From assembly GCF_018977255.1 (NCBI RefSeq), contig NW_024704742.1, positions 79,362,001 to 79,426,000 of the forward strand: DNA of 64,000 bases, read 5' to 3'. The position numbers and the translations under genes are program-made. A model generated the notes under the pieces. It had not been told where the DNA came from and searched no databases. It saw only the letters and a program-made list of their open reading frames with translations. Origin of the DNA: Callorhinchus milii (Eukaryota). This document shows positions 11,641 to 23,826 of this stretch, piece by piece; positions within the stretch are counted from its first letter, which is position 1; each line of letters starts with the position of its first letter.

Positions 11641-13209
11641 ACCTGCAGCTCTATTCACTACACCAAGTCTTAGTGCCCATCCTATATAATGTTGAGTTGC
11701 GGCATTAACCTATCACCATTTTCAACAATGGGTAGGATGTTCTTGTATTATGTACACATTGACTAGTACCACATTATTCTCACACTGATATATTCTTATT
11801 AGAATCACATGCATAATAACATGGGAAAAAAACAGAAAGGGCTTGCCTCATCTTCTTGCCATTCCCCCTGATCCACTGTAAAGAATTATGATGCAATTCT
11901 TATCTCTCAGTGCCTAATTTAGGACTCAGTCTTCAAATGTATTATAGATGTTTGTGATAGTGCCAGCAGAGTCAGTTGGCTAATTCGGCAAATTAGTGTT
12001 CTCTGTAATGAACTTTGCAACATTTCCTTCCATTTTAGAGCTGATCTCACAAGCTGCCTGATAGTTATAATATGCAGGTTGGCATTAAAAGGATCTTGGA
12101 CAGTGAATGGTTGGGGCACAGTTTATTGAAAACAAAGGGATTTTTTGCAAGCAAATCGGTAACTTAAAGATTCAATGTTTGCTCAGTGTTAGAGAATTAA
12201 CCTTATTCTGTTAGTAGCACTCTTGCCTTTGAGTCAGAAGATTGTGGGTTTCAAGTCCCAAGTTGGTAAGGTTTAAGAAGGTTGCAAAGGTAGGGTGGGG
12301 CAGAACCATAGAATGATTTAAGTGAGGTCGAGGATCTTGAACTCGATCTTGGTCAAGGGTCTCCCCATTCCTCAGAGAACCCAGGTCCTTTCACTTACGA
12401 TGCGAGTGCTCTAACCACAGAGCTACATGAAGTAGAAAGCAATAGGAAGACCCTTTGGTCTCCAACTCATTTCTGGATTACAAGTATGACTGTCACTCCA
12501 CTTTACATTATATTCTGTGAAGTGCTTTGAGACATCGAACAACATGATGAGGCCCTATATCAAATGCGAGGATGATTATTATAGATTACAGAGTTTCCTT
12601 ATCATTCAGCAGCAGTGGCGAGTAGATACAGAATGGACAATTAAAGAGAGCCACAGATTTATCAGCAAGGAGTACGAAAATGTCTTTGCTTTGTATTTTT
12701 CTGTGCTTACATTTTGATAGAAAAGACAAATTATGCTTGGTAAGATTTGGAATAAGGTAATAATTCATCATATATCGGTGATTAGTTTAACAGATATTGA
12801 TGTTACAGAACAATAGGGACTTGCCAATCCTCCTTGTGTAGTTTATGAGTGCGAGAAGTATGGAGAAGACAGTTCTAAAAGGTCAGTCCAGGAAACAGCT
12901 CCTTCTAGAGACAGAATGTTCAGAGTCATCAATATTTATAAGAAAAAAACACAAAGCTTAATAGAATACTTGGCAAATCATGTTCTTCATCATGAATAGT
13001 TGGATTGAAGTGGCTCCAGTTCAGGTAAAAAATCTTGCTAGATATCTGGGCAAATGTCCATTAAGAAGGATATCATTAGCAGAATGTCTTTGCTCTTTCC
13101 TAATTATTCAGACAGTGGAGCAATGCCCAAAGCAAACAAGGATCCATGCCATCATTTTTCTCAGGCACCTGAGAAGTGAGTGCTTTACTTGATCTTGACT
13201 GACTTGATT

Positions 13210-13830
13210 TGACTCCACTGTTATCACCTTCCTCAAAGTCCTTGAATACATTGTGGCCACCCAACTCCCACCTTTCCCTCCACTCCCTGCTCGAGTCCCT
13301 CCCGTCTGGTTTCCGACATACCCACAACACTGATACAGACCACGTCAAAGTTACCAACAACCTTATCCTCCTCTACCTCTCTGCTTTCGTCACAGTAGAT
13401 CATGCCATCCTCCTTTACCTACTCTCCTCCCTCATCAGCTCTTCGTCTCAAGATTTTAATTTCAATATTCTAATTTGTCATCGTTGTTGTCATCCCTACC
13501 TTTCTGGCCTGCTCAGACCACTCTACTGCCCACCTCTTTGCTCAGGGGATGATGCCTGATGCATATCCCCATACCTCTTTGTCCCTCCGTTGGTGGATAT
13601 ACCTTCAGACACTGTCATCAACCTCAGAAATGCCCTGCCTCAATCCCTCCACCTCACCCGCTCTTTATCTATCATTAAATCTATCTCTAAGTTTTACCTC
13701 TTTGACCACACCTATGATCATCTCCACCTCCCCTCTGCCTCACTTGGTGTCCAACTCTGCCCGCCATTGTGCAGTGCTCTGAGATGCTATCCTGTGTGAA
13801 GTGTACAATATAAGGCAAATTGTTATGATG
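13210..13830 (+). mobile_element. Old internally deleted L2 fragment
   Basis: SGFRHTHNTDTDHVKVTN and LYLSAFVTVDHAILL RT remnants, then a decayed 3' end. Confidence 0.8.
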
Positions 13831-14587
13831 CTGATAATATAGCTAATTCTCTCCCAGCTGGAATGTGGGAGGCTGCGCTTATACCGTCCGCTCCACTCTT
13901 CCACAATTAACATAAAAAATGCTTTGTACCAAGTTTCCAGCACATTCAAGAAACTGGCTGATAGCTTTGAAAAGAAGAACAGGGGAAGTAGCCCATGATC
14001 ATTTTATCAAAAACATTGGGACAGCATTAGTGAATTGCAATGTTCTTGGAACCATCTACTCCTGGCAGTGTTAGGGCACGACTCCAACACCTTCATGCTG
14101 CCTGAAATCATCTTACTGCACTCCCCCCCGCCCACCCACCATCCCCTCCAACCTTTGTGCTGCAAGTTACATTGCCATTCACACCGAACTTGCAGTGTGA
14201 CCTCATTCTGGATGAATCCTCAACTGAGTCACCCACATGCAATTCATTTTATTTCATTTTACACTGTGAAGCACACAGCATAAACTGGGCATAAGTTCCT
14301 GGCAGTCGACTGAAGGCTTGTTACCATATGCACTCCAACACTAATTAAATTTTAATTCTGCTTTTGGAGCCCGACATCTGAAGCTGAATCCAGTTTTATC
14401 CAAATGCCCCTCCATACCCTGGGGAACGACATCTAAGAGTATTCGTCCCTCGTATAAACTCTAAACTCAATCACCTCTGCTCAAAACTCTCAGGCAATTT
14501 GAGTGAACTGATGGCTAAGAATGCTTGAATACACAGCTCACGCAACAATAAAACTTCAATCTCATTGGCCCTTCATAAGAAGAATCC

Positions 14588-15015
14588 AACAACACATTTT
14601 GTATTTATATAGCGCCCTCACGTAGGGTAGCATCCCAGAGCGCTTGACACTGACAGAGCACAACACAGAGTCAGGGGAAGTGGGAGGTGAGCGTAGACAT
14701 GGTCGAATAGGAAGATCTTCAGGCGCAACCTGAAGATGGGGAAGGAAGGAGCAAGGCGGAGTTTCAGAGTTTTGGGGCGTAGTGGCTGAAAGTGCAGCCA
14801 CCAATGATGCAATGGAGGGCATGAGTAACATGCAGAAGGCCGGAACTAGTTGAGCGGAGGCAGCAGCTTATGGTTTGGGGGGTGCGGAGTTCAGTACAGG
14901 TGAGTATGCGGGCGGCTGAGGTTTGGATCAGCTGGATCCTGTGCATGGCGGAGCTGGGGAGACCAGCAAAGTGAGCATTTGAAAAGTCGAATCAGGAGGT
15001 GATAAATGCATGGAC
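14588..15015 (-). mobile_element. L2 3' fragment (second L2 family, ctaccc-loop tail)
   Basis: HRIQLIQTSAARILT and FRLRLKIFLFD; tail (reverse complement) agcgctctgggatgctaccctacgtgagggcgct. Confidence 0.9.
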
Positions 15016-15669
15016 AATCTTTCATCCAGTCTCTTTCAGCCAGTCGATCTTGATACATCTCCTCTCATTAAAGGCTCTTTATTACAGGCTCTCTGTTGTA
15101 AGCCTTTGGAACCTGTCTTGCACTTTTTTCTATTACACTCTGTGCTACTTTATAGAAATTCACTGCAGCATGTGCAGCATTATAAACTGTGTGCTTCACT
15201 GACACTGCATTCTATGCTTAAGAGCAGAGCTGTGTTCGAAAATAAATGCTTTTGGCACACTCTTTGCTTTTATTATTGAACAAGAAAGAATATTTGCCTC
15301 TTGAAGTTTTCCACTTACTTACACATTGTCTGATTAAATAAAGTTTGATATGATAATAATAATAATCCTTGCATTTGATGTAGCGCTTTTCACGTCTTCT
15401 AGACGTCTATCTAGTTTTCTTTCAACTTTTTGTTGATAAAGACCCCTGTTCTCATCATTAAGATTGTAAACTAAGGGATCAGCTGACAGGAAAAAAGGGT
15501 TGGACAGAATTAATTTACATTTACTCACATTTGTTTGCAATACAAATATATTACCATAACACACTGAGCACAGGAGTATTGTAATTTTGTGAATGTGAAT
15601 TTTCTTTTCACGAAACAGAACTAATTCTATCAGTTGATGCTGCAGGATTGCTGGTCATGTTATGTCAGG

Positions 15670-16345
15670 TGTCAACATGTCTCAGTTGGTGACTGTCTGC
15701 TGTGGGTCAGAAGTGGCTTCAGGTTGCAACCTGGGACATTACCTCACAGTTTACTCATAGTTTAAGCTCTGGGGCACTCCTTTTGGGAGAGCTGCATTGT
15801 CAAAGGTGCTGTCCTTCAATAAGAAGGTATACAGCTGCCTAACCTACATGTTCTTCAGATGAATGTTAATATTATAATAATCCTTGCAGTTGATATAGCA
15901 CTTTTCACATCTTCTAGACATCTCTAAATGCTTCGCAGAACACACTGTAAAGTGAATTGACTGTATATGTGTGGGCAAAACACGGCAGCCAATTGCGCAC
16001 AGCAGTGTCCCACAAGCAGTCATGGGTTGAGTGACCAAGTTATTTTTTGTAAAATAATTATTATCCCTGGAAAAGCGATCCACCAATCAACTAACAACCG
16101 GGTTCCTACTTACTGTTAGGTAAACAGAGGCGTGTGAAGTAAGGAAACTTGCCCAGGTCTTTCGCTTGTTAGACGAGTACTATAACCACTGAGCTACAGG
16201 ACTCCACCCGTTAAAAGATCCCATGACACTATTCAAAAAGAGAAGGGAGTTTCTCCCAGTGTCCTGGCCAACAATCCCCCAAATAAATTTGAGCATTCAC
16301 TTCATGGCTCTCGTGGAACATTGGTAGGTGCAAAATGATTATAGT
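15670..16345 (+). mobile_element. Old Deu SINE split by a younger SINE
   Basis: Head and body at 15670-15865; resumes at gttaaaagatcccatgacactattcaaaaag (16210). Confidence 0.75.
15871..16207 (-). mobile_element. Long-form tRNA-Ala/CORE-like/Deu SINE with partly deleted head
   Basis: Colinear with 37945-38315; ends gagctacaggactccac. Confidence 0.9.
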
Positions 16346-16359
16346 ATTTGTCTTTCAAA

Positions 16360-16657
16360 GCATAGCAATGTCCCACAAACAGGCATGAAATGAGTGACCA
16401 ATTTGATTTGGGATTTGTTGGACACTGGGAGAAACTCCTCTTTTAGAATACTGCCATTGGATCCTCAGTGTTTACCTGGACAGAGGACAAGATTTTGTTT
16501 TAAGGTCTCATCTGAAGGACAGCACCTCCAACAATGCAACCCCCCAGTACTGTATTGGAGTGTCATCTTAGACGATATGACTTCAAGTCCCAACGTGGGG
16601 CTTGAACCCACAACCCTCTGACTCAGAGGTGAGAGTTCTACCAACCGAGCCTGGCTA
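16360..16657 (-). mobile_element. Old Deu SINE
   Basis: cttgaacccacaaccctctgactcagaggtgagagttctaccaaccgagcc head; Deu body. Confidence 0.85.
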
Positions 16658-17219
16658 ACATGGTCATTTTGAGATAATTTGATGCAATTAGGCACTATAA
16701 AGTATGAGTTATTTTTTCTATCTATATCATGACGTTGCAAAAGCAAAGAGAAATCCTGTCTTGTGACAGAACATTGCTATAACAGAAATAATAGCAAACA
16801 GTAGTAGTTAGTCATGATGGCACGATATAAAGTACAAAGATTATACACGTTATCATAAATAGTTGGCATTCAAGGCATTTCATTCTCACAGTATATGATA
16901 TTATACAGGCTTTGACCATCGGTGATTCCCAGCATAATCCCGTTAATCATGTCCGTGCCATCCTGGGTTATCAACCTCAGGGTTAGATTACTCCGCTGCT
17001 TTCCCAAGTGATGTATCCTTTCCACAGTGCTCACAGACACCTCAACTATAGATTACACTGCTGGAGTGATTATAAAAACAAGAGGCTAGGCATTATCTTC
17101 TTGATTGTGGCACTATCTGCTGTGGTGCAATATGATGTATTCAATGCTAATTTGGCCCAATTTTCCTTTGGTTAAGGAGGAGAACACCAGCCAGTGTTCC
17201 TGCATCTGGTCCCCGTTCT

Positions 17220-17544
17220 AATAATAATAATAATAATAATCCTTGCATTTGATATAGCGCTTTTCACGTCGGGAGGACGTCCCAAAGCGCTTCACAGAAC
17301 ACACTGTAAAGTGAATTGACTGTATATTTATGGGCGAACGCGGCAGCCAATTGCGCACAGCAATGTCCCACAAACAGTCGTAGATTGAAAATGACCAATT
17401 TATTATTGTTTTTGTTTTTTGGAGGGATTATTATTAGGCTCTGTGTGGAGTAAGGAAACTTGCCCAAGGTTTCGCCCTGCCTGGAATTGAACTCAGGTCT
17501 CTCGCTTGCAAAGCGAGTGCTCTAACCACTGAGCTACAGGACTC
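17220..17544 (-). mobile_element. Young short-form tRNA-Ala/Deu SINE
   Basis: Near-identical to 59300-59627 and the reverse complement of 37226-37561. Confidence 0.97.
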
Positions 17545-17679
17545 AGGAGGTTCTGCACCCTCTACTGATTGTGCACAAGTATAGCAACCAGTTTGGTGAT
17601 CAGGCTCGGCTATGATGCTCTCAAGAGTTAAGTGACCTGCTGACACTCAATACCACGTGAACAAGGGTCACTTGGGTGT

Positions 17680-17877
17680 GGTTTAAGCATTCCGGGATGC
17701 TACCCCAGGTGAAGGGTGCTGTATAAATGCAAGTTGTTGTCATTATTGAAAGAAAATTATGTCCTTGGAACCACACCTTAGCAATAGGAGTCCAGACCAG
17801 AAGAAGAGAGCATACAACAACAACTTGCATTTATATAGCGCCCTTCACATGGGGTAGCGTCCCAGAGCGCTTAAACC
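17680..17877. repeat. Tail-to-tail pair of L2 tail-only inserts (inverted repeat)
   Basis: Arms 17680-17740 (+) and 17817-17877 (-) are reverse-complementary. Confidence 0.9.
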
Positions 17878-18499
17878 GATGGAGTGAAAATTAGAATAAA
17901 ATAATTGGACATAATACATTAATCAAACAAACACAAAATTTTATTTAGAAAACAAGAGATACATTACTTTTTTAATTTTTCCAGGAAATGTGCTCCTAGA
18001 TGTTCAATCATTTCTCTATCAATCTACTTTTTGTCATGATCAATAATTCAACTCATTTTATGAAGTTCAAATATGCTAATTACTTGGAGTATCATTCCAG
18101 CTTCTGAGGCAAAAAAGGGAAGAATAATGAGGCTGTATTTTAAATAATTGATATGCCTGAGATGGTTACAAAGTGCAAACTCTTCTGAAGTCATCATGTG
18201 AGAATCAGAGCCATCTTAATTGTTGAACTTATACCACATTGCAAAACTTGACTGCAATCTTTTTGGCACATATCCCGTCATCTGCATTGAAGATTTCCTA
18301 CAAAGCCATCAACCAGAAGCAGATTGGATTTTATTAAAACCGAATAGCTTCATCACTGATAATTAGTTGGAAGGGAGGACACAGAGCTCCAAGCATATAC
18401 TCATATGCAGCCGCTTTGCTCTTTGAAGCTAAAACAAAGTATCAGAATGGAGCTTCCATTTCATTCAGGACTTTGCTATGTTCCTTGATGTAATAACAA

Positions 18500-18970
18500 C
18501 AATAATTCTAAACCTTGCATTATATTACTTTCATTTCAAAGCACTTCACAGAATGTACTGTAAAGTATAGTGACTATGTAGTTGTAAGCGCTCCGGGACG
18601 TTACCCCATGTGAAAAGCGCTATATAAATGCAAGTTGTTGTTGTTGTTCGTAGTGGTGGTGAATGCAACAGCCAGTTTGCACACAATGTCCTAGAAAAAA
18701 TGAAGCGAATAGTCAATTTTATCTAAAGGGCTCTTGGCTAAGGCATCGGGAGAAACTCCCTTCTCTTTCCGAATATTGTCATGGGATCTTTAACAGCCAC
18801 CTTAACAATGAGATATCTCATCTGAAGGGCTGCACCTCAAACAATATGGCAGTACTGAACACGTCACTGGAACATGAGGCGAGACTGTGAGCTTGAAGTC
18901 CTGACATGAGGCTTGAACTCACAGCCTTCTGACCAGAAACGAGAGTGCTACCAATTGAGACAAGCTGACA
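18500..18970 (-). mobile_element. Old Deu SINE containing an L2 tail-only insert (18585-18647, +)
   Basis: Deu body and head; insert aagcgctccgggacgttaccccatgtgaaaagcgct...(GTT)n. Confidence 0.8.
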
Positions 18971-19049
18971 TCCAAAAGAGTTGACAACAACTTCACAACA
19001 AGGTCCACCCTTGGACCTTCTTAAAATATGTTCTTCCTCTTCAGAGTAA

Positions 19050-19280
19050 TGCAGAAATATACAATGTCCCACAAACAGCCATGAAGTGAATTAACAATTT
19101 TATTTGGGAGTTGTTGGCCAGGACACCTGGAGAAATTCTGTTTTCTTTTTGAATAGTGCCATGGCATCTCCCATTTGAGGGTTAGCTGAGACTGTATAAG
19201 GTCAAAGTCCAGAAGTGGGAGCTTGAATCCACAACCTTCTGATTCAGACATGAGAGTGCTACTAACTGTGCCTGGCTGAC
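19050..19280 (-). mobile_element. Old Deu SINE, internally deleted
   Basis: aatgtcccacaaacagcc...gaatagtgccatgg...cttgaatccacaaccttctgattcag. Confidence 0.8.
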
Positions 19281-19559
19281 CACATGCAGATCAGTTTTGA
19301 ATTCACAGAAATATTCAAGACTGAAGGAGTAGACAAAAGGTCATATTTCATGGTGGATATTATTATTTTGCACACATAAGGGAATTCTCCATTCATCGGT
19401 AAAGGTACTCAATTGTAAGCTTATACCACCATGATCAGTAAGGTTCCGCTCCAAGTTGTCCAGTTTCCTGACTTATTCATATATAACAACAAATTGCATT
19501 TATATAGTGCCTTTCACCCAGGATAGCATCTCGGAGCACTGAACCCTTGCATTAACCCA

Positions 19560-19755
19560 TCATTTAAGTAATATATTGCTGTTACTTCATTGTTGCTGAA
19601 TCAATATCTTGAACATCCTTCCTCAATACCATCGTGACAGCACCTTTGTCACAAGAACTGTATTAATTTTAAGATATGGCCACCATCACCTTCTCAGGAC
19701 AACCACAGATGGGCAATAAAATGTTAGCCCTGGCAGGCATGACTACATACCAAGA
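19560..19755 (+). mobile_element. Decayed LINE 3' end (CR1-group-like, uncertain)
   Basis: caccatcaccttctc...gatgggcaataaaatg resembles, from recall, a 3' end common in shark LINEs. Confidence 0.45.
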
Positions 19756-19808
19756 CAGAGTAAAACAACACATTGACACAGGGGGATTCTTGTACAGGGA
19801 AGGTACCA

Positions 19809-20798
19809 TGACAGCCTGCCTGTCCGACATCGAGTCCTGGACGAGAGACAACTTTCTCCAGCTCAACGTGCGAAAAACCGAGGCCCTCCTGATTGGCTCA
19901 CGTCAGCGCCTCCGCACCTCAGGCGCTGACAGCATCAGCATCCAAGGCTGCACTCTCCACCTCTCAAAGCCAGTCAGGAACCTCGGCGTTTTGTTCGACC
20001 CTGAGCTGTCCTTTCTCCCTCACATCCGCACCACAACTGGCACCGCCTTCCATCACCTCCGGAACATCGCCAGACTACGGCATTACCTCACCCCTCACGC
20101 TGCTGAAACCCTGGTCCACGCCTTTGTCACCTCAAGGCTGGACTATGGGAACTCTCTCCTCGCCGGCCTTCCCGCCACCTCCCTCCACAAGCTGCAGGTC
20201 ATCCAGAACTCTGCAGCTCATGTACTGTCCCGCACCAGGCTTCGGGACCACATCACTCCCACCCTCGCTCGCCTCCACTGGCTCCCCATCCCCCAGAGGA
20301 TTGATTTCAAGATCCTCATCCTCACCTACAAGGCCATTCACGGCCCGCTCCCTCCTACCTCTCCGACCTACTATCCCCCTACCTACCTGCCCGTACCCTC
20401 CGTTCCTCTGGCTCCGGTCTGCTCCACGTCCCCCGCCCCAACCGCCCTACCATCGGTGGTCGGGCCTTCAGCCTCTCAGCCCCGAGGCTCTGGAACTCCA
20501 TCCCCCAGTGCCTTCGCCGCCTCCTCCCTTTCCTCCTTCAAGGCCGGTCTCAAAACCTTTCTCTTTGACCGAGCCTTCAGCTCCCCTCTCGACTCTCTTC
20601 CCCCTCCTCGCTCCCTCCCTTCCCTCCCCTCACCCTGACCATTTCCCCCCTCCTCGCTCCCTCCCTCCCTTCCCTCCCCTCACCCTGACCATTTCCCCCC
20701 TGCTCGGGTCATGACCCAACTGTGCAGCGCCTTGGGACGTCCTCCTGACGTGAAAGGCGCTTTATAAATGGAATCTTGTTGTTGTTGTTATTGTTGTT
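19809..20798 (+). mobile_element. Young 5'-truncated L2 LINE
   Basis: Open ORF2 C-terminus CLSDIESWTRDNFLQLNVRKTE...LVHAFVTSRLDYGNSLL...LHWLPIPQRIDFKIL; CpGs retained; tandem 3'UTR unit, stem-loop 20726-20761, (GTT)n tail. Confidence 0.97.
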
Positions 20799-20879
20799 TT
20801 TGTTAAACAATGAGTTAGATATCATAAATTTTCATTCAGAACCAACACTTAGATTATGGTAAATAAAATAATCCTAACA

Positions 20880-21545
20880 TCTGATAAATGCACTGTTGCT
20901 TTGAAATTTCACACAATGAATTAATTTAAAGTGTACATAGGCAAACACAGCAGCAGTGCCAGCAATGTCCCATCAACAGCAATGAGATGAATGACCAGTT
21001 CATCTTCATTTTTTTTTGTTGAATTTGGATGAAAGGAAAATATTGGCCAAAGCACTGGAAAAACTTCTCACTCTTCAAAAAAGTGCCATGGAGTCTCTAA
21101 AAACCACCAGAATTAGTAGAACAAGCAGATGGGCATTGCTTCCCAAGAACAGCACCTCTGGCAACGTTGTGCTTCATTTAGTATTTAATTTGAGTGATAA
21201 CAAGGTTAGGATTCCATTCCCATTACAGGAGTAATCCTTTCATTTTGGACTTGATATGATGCTATGACTTTGAAACATCTCAAAACAGGGCACAGGTATT
21301 TGTAAAGTGCAGAGACTGTGTATTATAGAGAACATGGCAGCCAATGTGCACACAGCAGTGGCCCCCAAACAACCATGAAGCGAATTACTAAAATTATCTG
21401 GAGGATTGTTGGCCGGGATTCTGGGAGAAATTTACTTTGCTTTTTGCATAGTATTCTGGGACCTTCAGGGCACCTGAGCAGCCAGATGGGACCTTGGATT
21501 AACGTCTTATCTGAAGTTCCCCAGCGCTGCATTGGAGTCTCAGCC
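20880..21545 (-). mobile_element. Two decayed Deu SINE fragments (about 20880-21170 and 21250-21545)
   Basis: agcaatgtccc...aacagc and ggcagccaatgtgcacacagc Deu motifs. Confidence 0.65.
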
Positions 21546-21639
21546 TCAACTTTGAATACACTAAGCTTTCAGCCAGCTATCTTTCATGTTCAGCTACATT
21601 TCCCAGAAAAAAACGCCCTCGGGACAGGAGAAAACTGGA

Positions 21640-21817
21640 GGAGAAAAATTGGCAGAAAAATAAAGTCCTCTTCCAAACTAAAGTCAGTATTCAAAATTGA
21701 CTAATTCTGGTGAGTGCAATGACAATAACTAATAGCTTTATCCGTTACTGTGGGTTGAGGTGTGGATAGTGGAGAAATAAACAAGAACAAATTGACATAT
21801 CTGTCCAATTTTTCTCC
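21640..21817. repeat. Inverted repeat pair (possible MITE remnant)
   Basis: GGAGAAAAATTGG-CAG at about 21640 and CTGTCCAATTTTTCTCC at about 21801. Confidence 0.45.
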
Positions 21818-23528
21818 ATACTGATACTTGCATTTTTGCTCCTCTGGTCTGGCCTCATCTTGCTGCAATGCTGACCAAGTAATGCTCCCTCAGCACTGAG
21901 ATCAGCCAATTGGTATTTGAACCCAGAATCTTCTGGCTCACACCGTGCATTCTGCTTTGTGGTTCATAAAATACACAATCAATCCTTTTTACAGTATATT
22001 CTGTGACGCTATACCACATGCAAGGATTATTATTATTGCCCACTGATGAAGTAGTCTTTCTCTTTCTTCTAACAGTGTAGATAGAGCACACAGAAATCAT
22101 GTTGAGTTGCAGCTGGCCTGTAAATTGAAGTTTAATTCGAGCACCAAAATCTCCAAGATATATTCCTGGTTATCACTTGACTTTAACATTAACTGTTCTA
22201 AGCCTACTTCGCTTGTGAATGTCTCTGTTTCCTGTTCAGATTAATAATTGTCAATTTCTAAATTCTTTCCAATTAATTACATTTCCAGATTTAAACATGA
22301 CTTTTACAGATTTACCCCTCAAGGGGCTGCAGTCCACATTCCCCTTGGTGATAAGTTTGGGCAGCATTTCAGCTCCTGGATTTGATAAACTGGGAAAAAT
22401 TAATATGTAATTGGTATTGACTCTGCTTTTTTTCCTTCTGCCTTTGACTAACTCGGCTTCCTTCACTTCGCCTCTTTACTCCAGGCTTCATCCAATGCCT
22501 ATCATACCCCACAACCTTTCAAATACTCTCACTCTATTCCTCCATCTTGCCCCTCCTTCCCCACCTGATTGACAACAACAACAACAATAACAACAAGATT
22601 ACATTTGTATAGCGCCTTTCATGTCGGGAGGATGTCCCAAGGTACTGGACAGTTTTAAGCATATATTATCAAATTCAGTTTTTTTTTCACACAACAAAAA
22701 CTACAAGGAATCTTGAATAAATAAAAAAGAACCATTACTGAAAACTTCAGGAACAATGGCTGAAATTCTGAGATGAATACTAGTGAATGGACTGGCCTGA
22801 CAGCACACACAATACAGTACATATCTTAAAAGCAGAGCTTCAGTGAATTCAAGGTTTTAGATGAGTGGCCTTGCCGATAAGTATAGAGACAATGTGCAAA
22901 TGGCTCCTGTACAAACTCAACTGAGAACCAAGTGTTCTGTTTGGAGCTTCTGTACGTCAAATCAGGAGAAGCAGCCGGATGATAGTAGAATTTTTACAGC
23001 TAAAATTCACAGTTCTATTGATGGGAAGAACTGTTAGGATAGAGCCCACTGTGAACAAGCGGTCAATTCTGAACATGCCTCAAAGTGTGAAGCTGACTGT
23101 GTATTTGAACAAATTGTATTTGGTGATCAATCTCTCACACTCGCCCATGTGTTGGGAGCTGATCAATTTTATCATGGGGAATGGATTGCTGGTGGAGGGG
23201 GCGAGGTGTCACATTCACATCAAAATTAAGAAACAAAGATGAAACAACTTGCATTGTTATAGTGTCTTAGATCCAACAATCTAACAGTAATATTATTATT
23301 ATATATTATTATAGATGCAACAGTCTAACAGAATTTACTAAGTGTATTGACATTCAGGCAATTAAAGTTGTAATTGTGCTACAATTAAATTAGGATCCTG
23401 TCTATACATAATTGGATGAAATTAACACATTTTTGTGTTGACTGATTGAAATTATTAAGTACAGAAATTTATTTATATATTGACTCATTCGCCAGTAACT
23501 CTAATGGACAGAAAATATAAACATATAC

Positions 23529-23826
23529 TATAATAATAATAATCCTTGCATTTGGTACAGCATTTTTCATGTCTCAAAGCGCTTCACAAATATACTGTAA
23601 AGTGAATTGACTGTATATTTGTGGGCGAAACGCGGCATCCAATTGCGCACAGCAATGTCCCACAAACAGTCGTGGATTGAGTGACCAATTTTATTATTTT
23701 TTTCTTGAGGATTATTATCAGGTGCGTGGAGTAAGGAAACTTGCCCAAGGTTTTGCTCTGTCGGGAATCGAACCCAGGTCTCTCGCGTGCGAAGCGAGTG
23801 CTTTAACCACTGAACTACAGGAATCT
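23529..23826 (-). mobile_element. Short-form tRNA-Ala SINE, intermediate subfamily
   Basis: Lacks the internal segment of about 65 bp, but has a CGC anticodon loop and B-box GGTTCGATTCC. Confidence 0.9.

Noticed and set aside
15410..15510. Strong-looking minus-strand acceptor followed by ADPLVYNLNDENRGLYQQKVERK
   Set aside because: No donor; frame runs into a SINE tail fragment
16890..17050. Minus-strand open frame of about 52 codons with AG/GT ends
   Set aside because: No recognisable homology; length within chance expectation
874..17060. CACAGTG heptamers (874, 17023) as V(D)J recombination signals
   Set aside because: No ACAAAAACC-like nonamer at 12 or 23 bp and no Ig/TCR segments
19676..20638. 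320-aa ATG-initiated ORF, the longest in the window
   Set aside because: Chance fusion of flank to a truncated L2 ORF2 C-terminus; lacks the RT catalytic core and has two compensating frameshifts relative to the sister copy at 7416-8017
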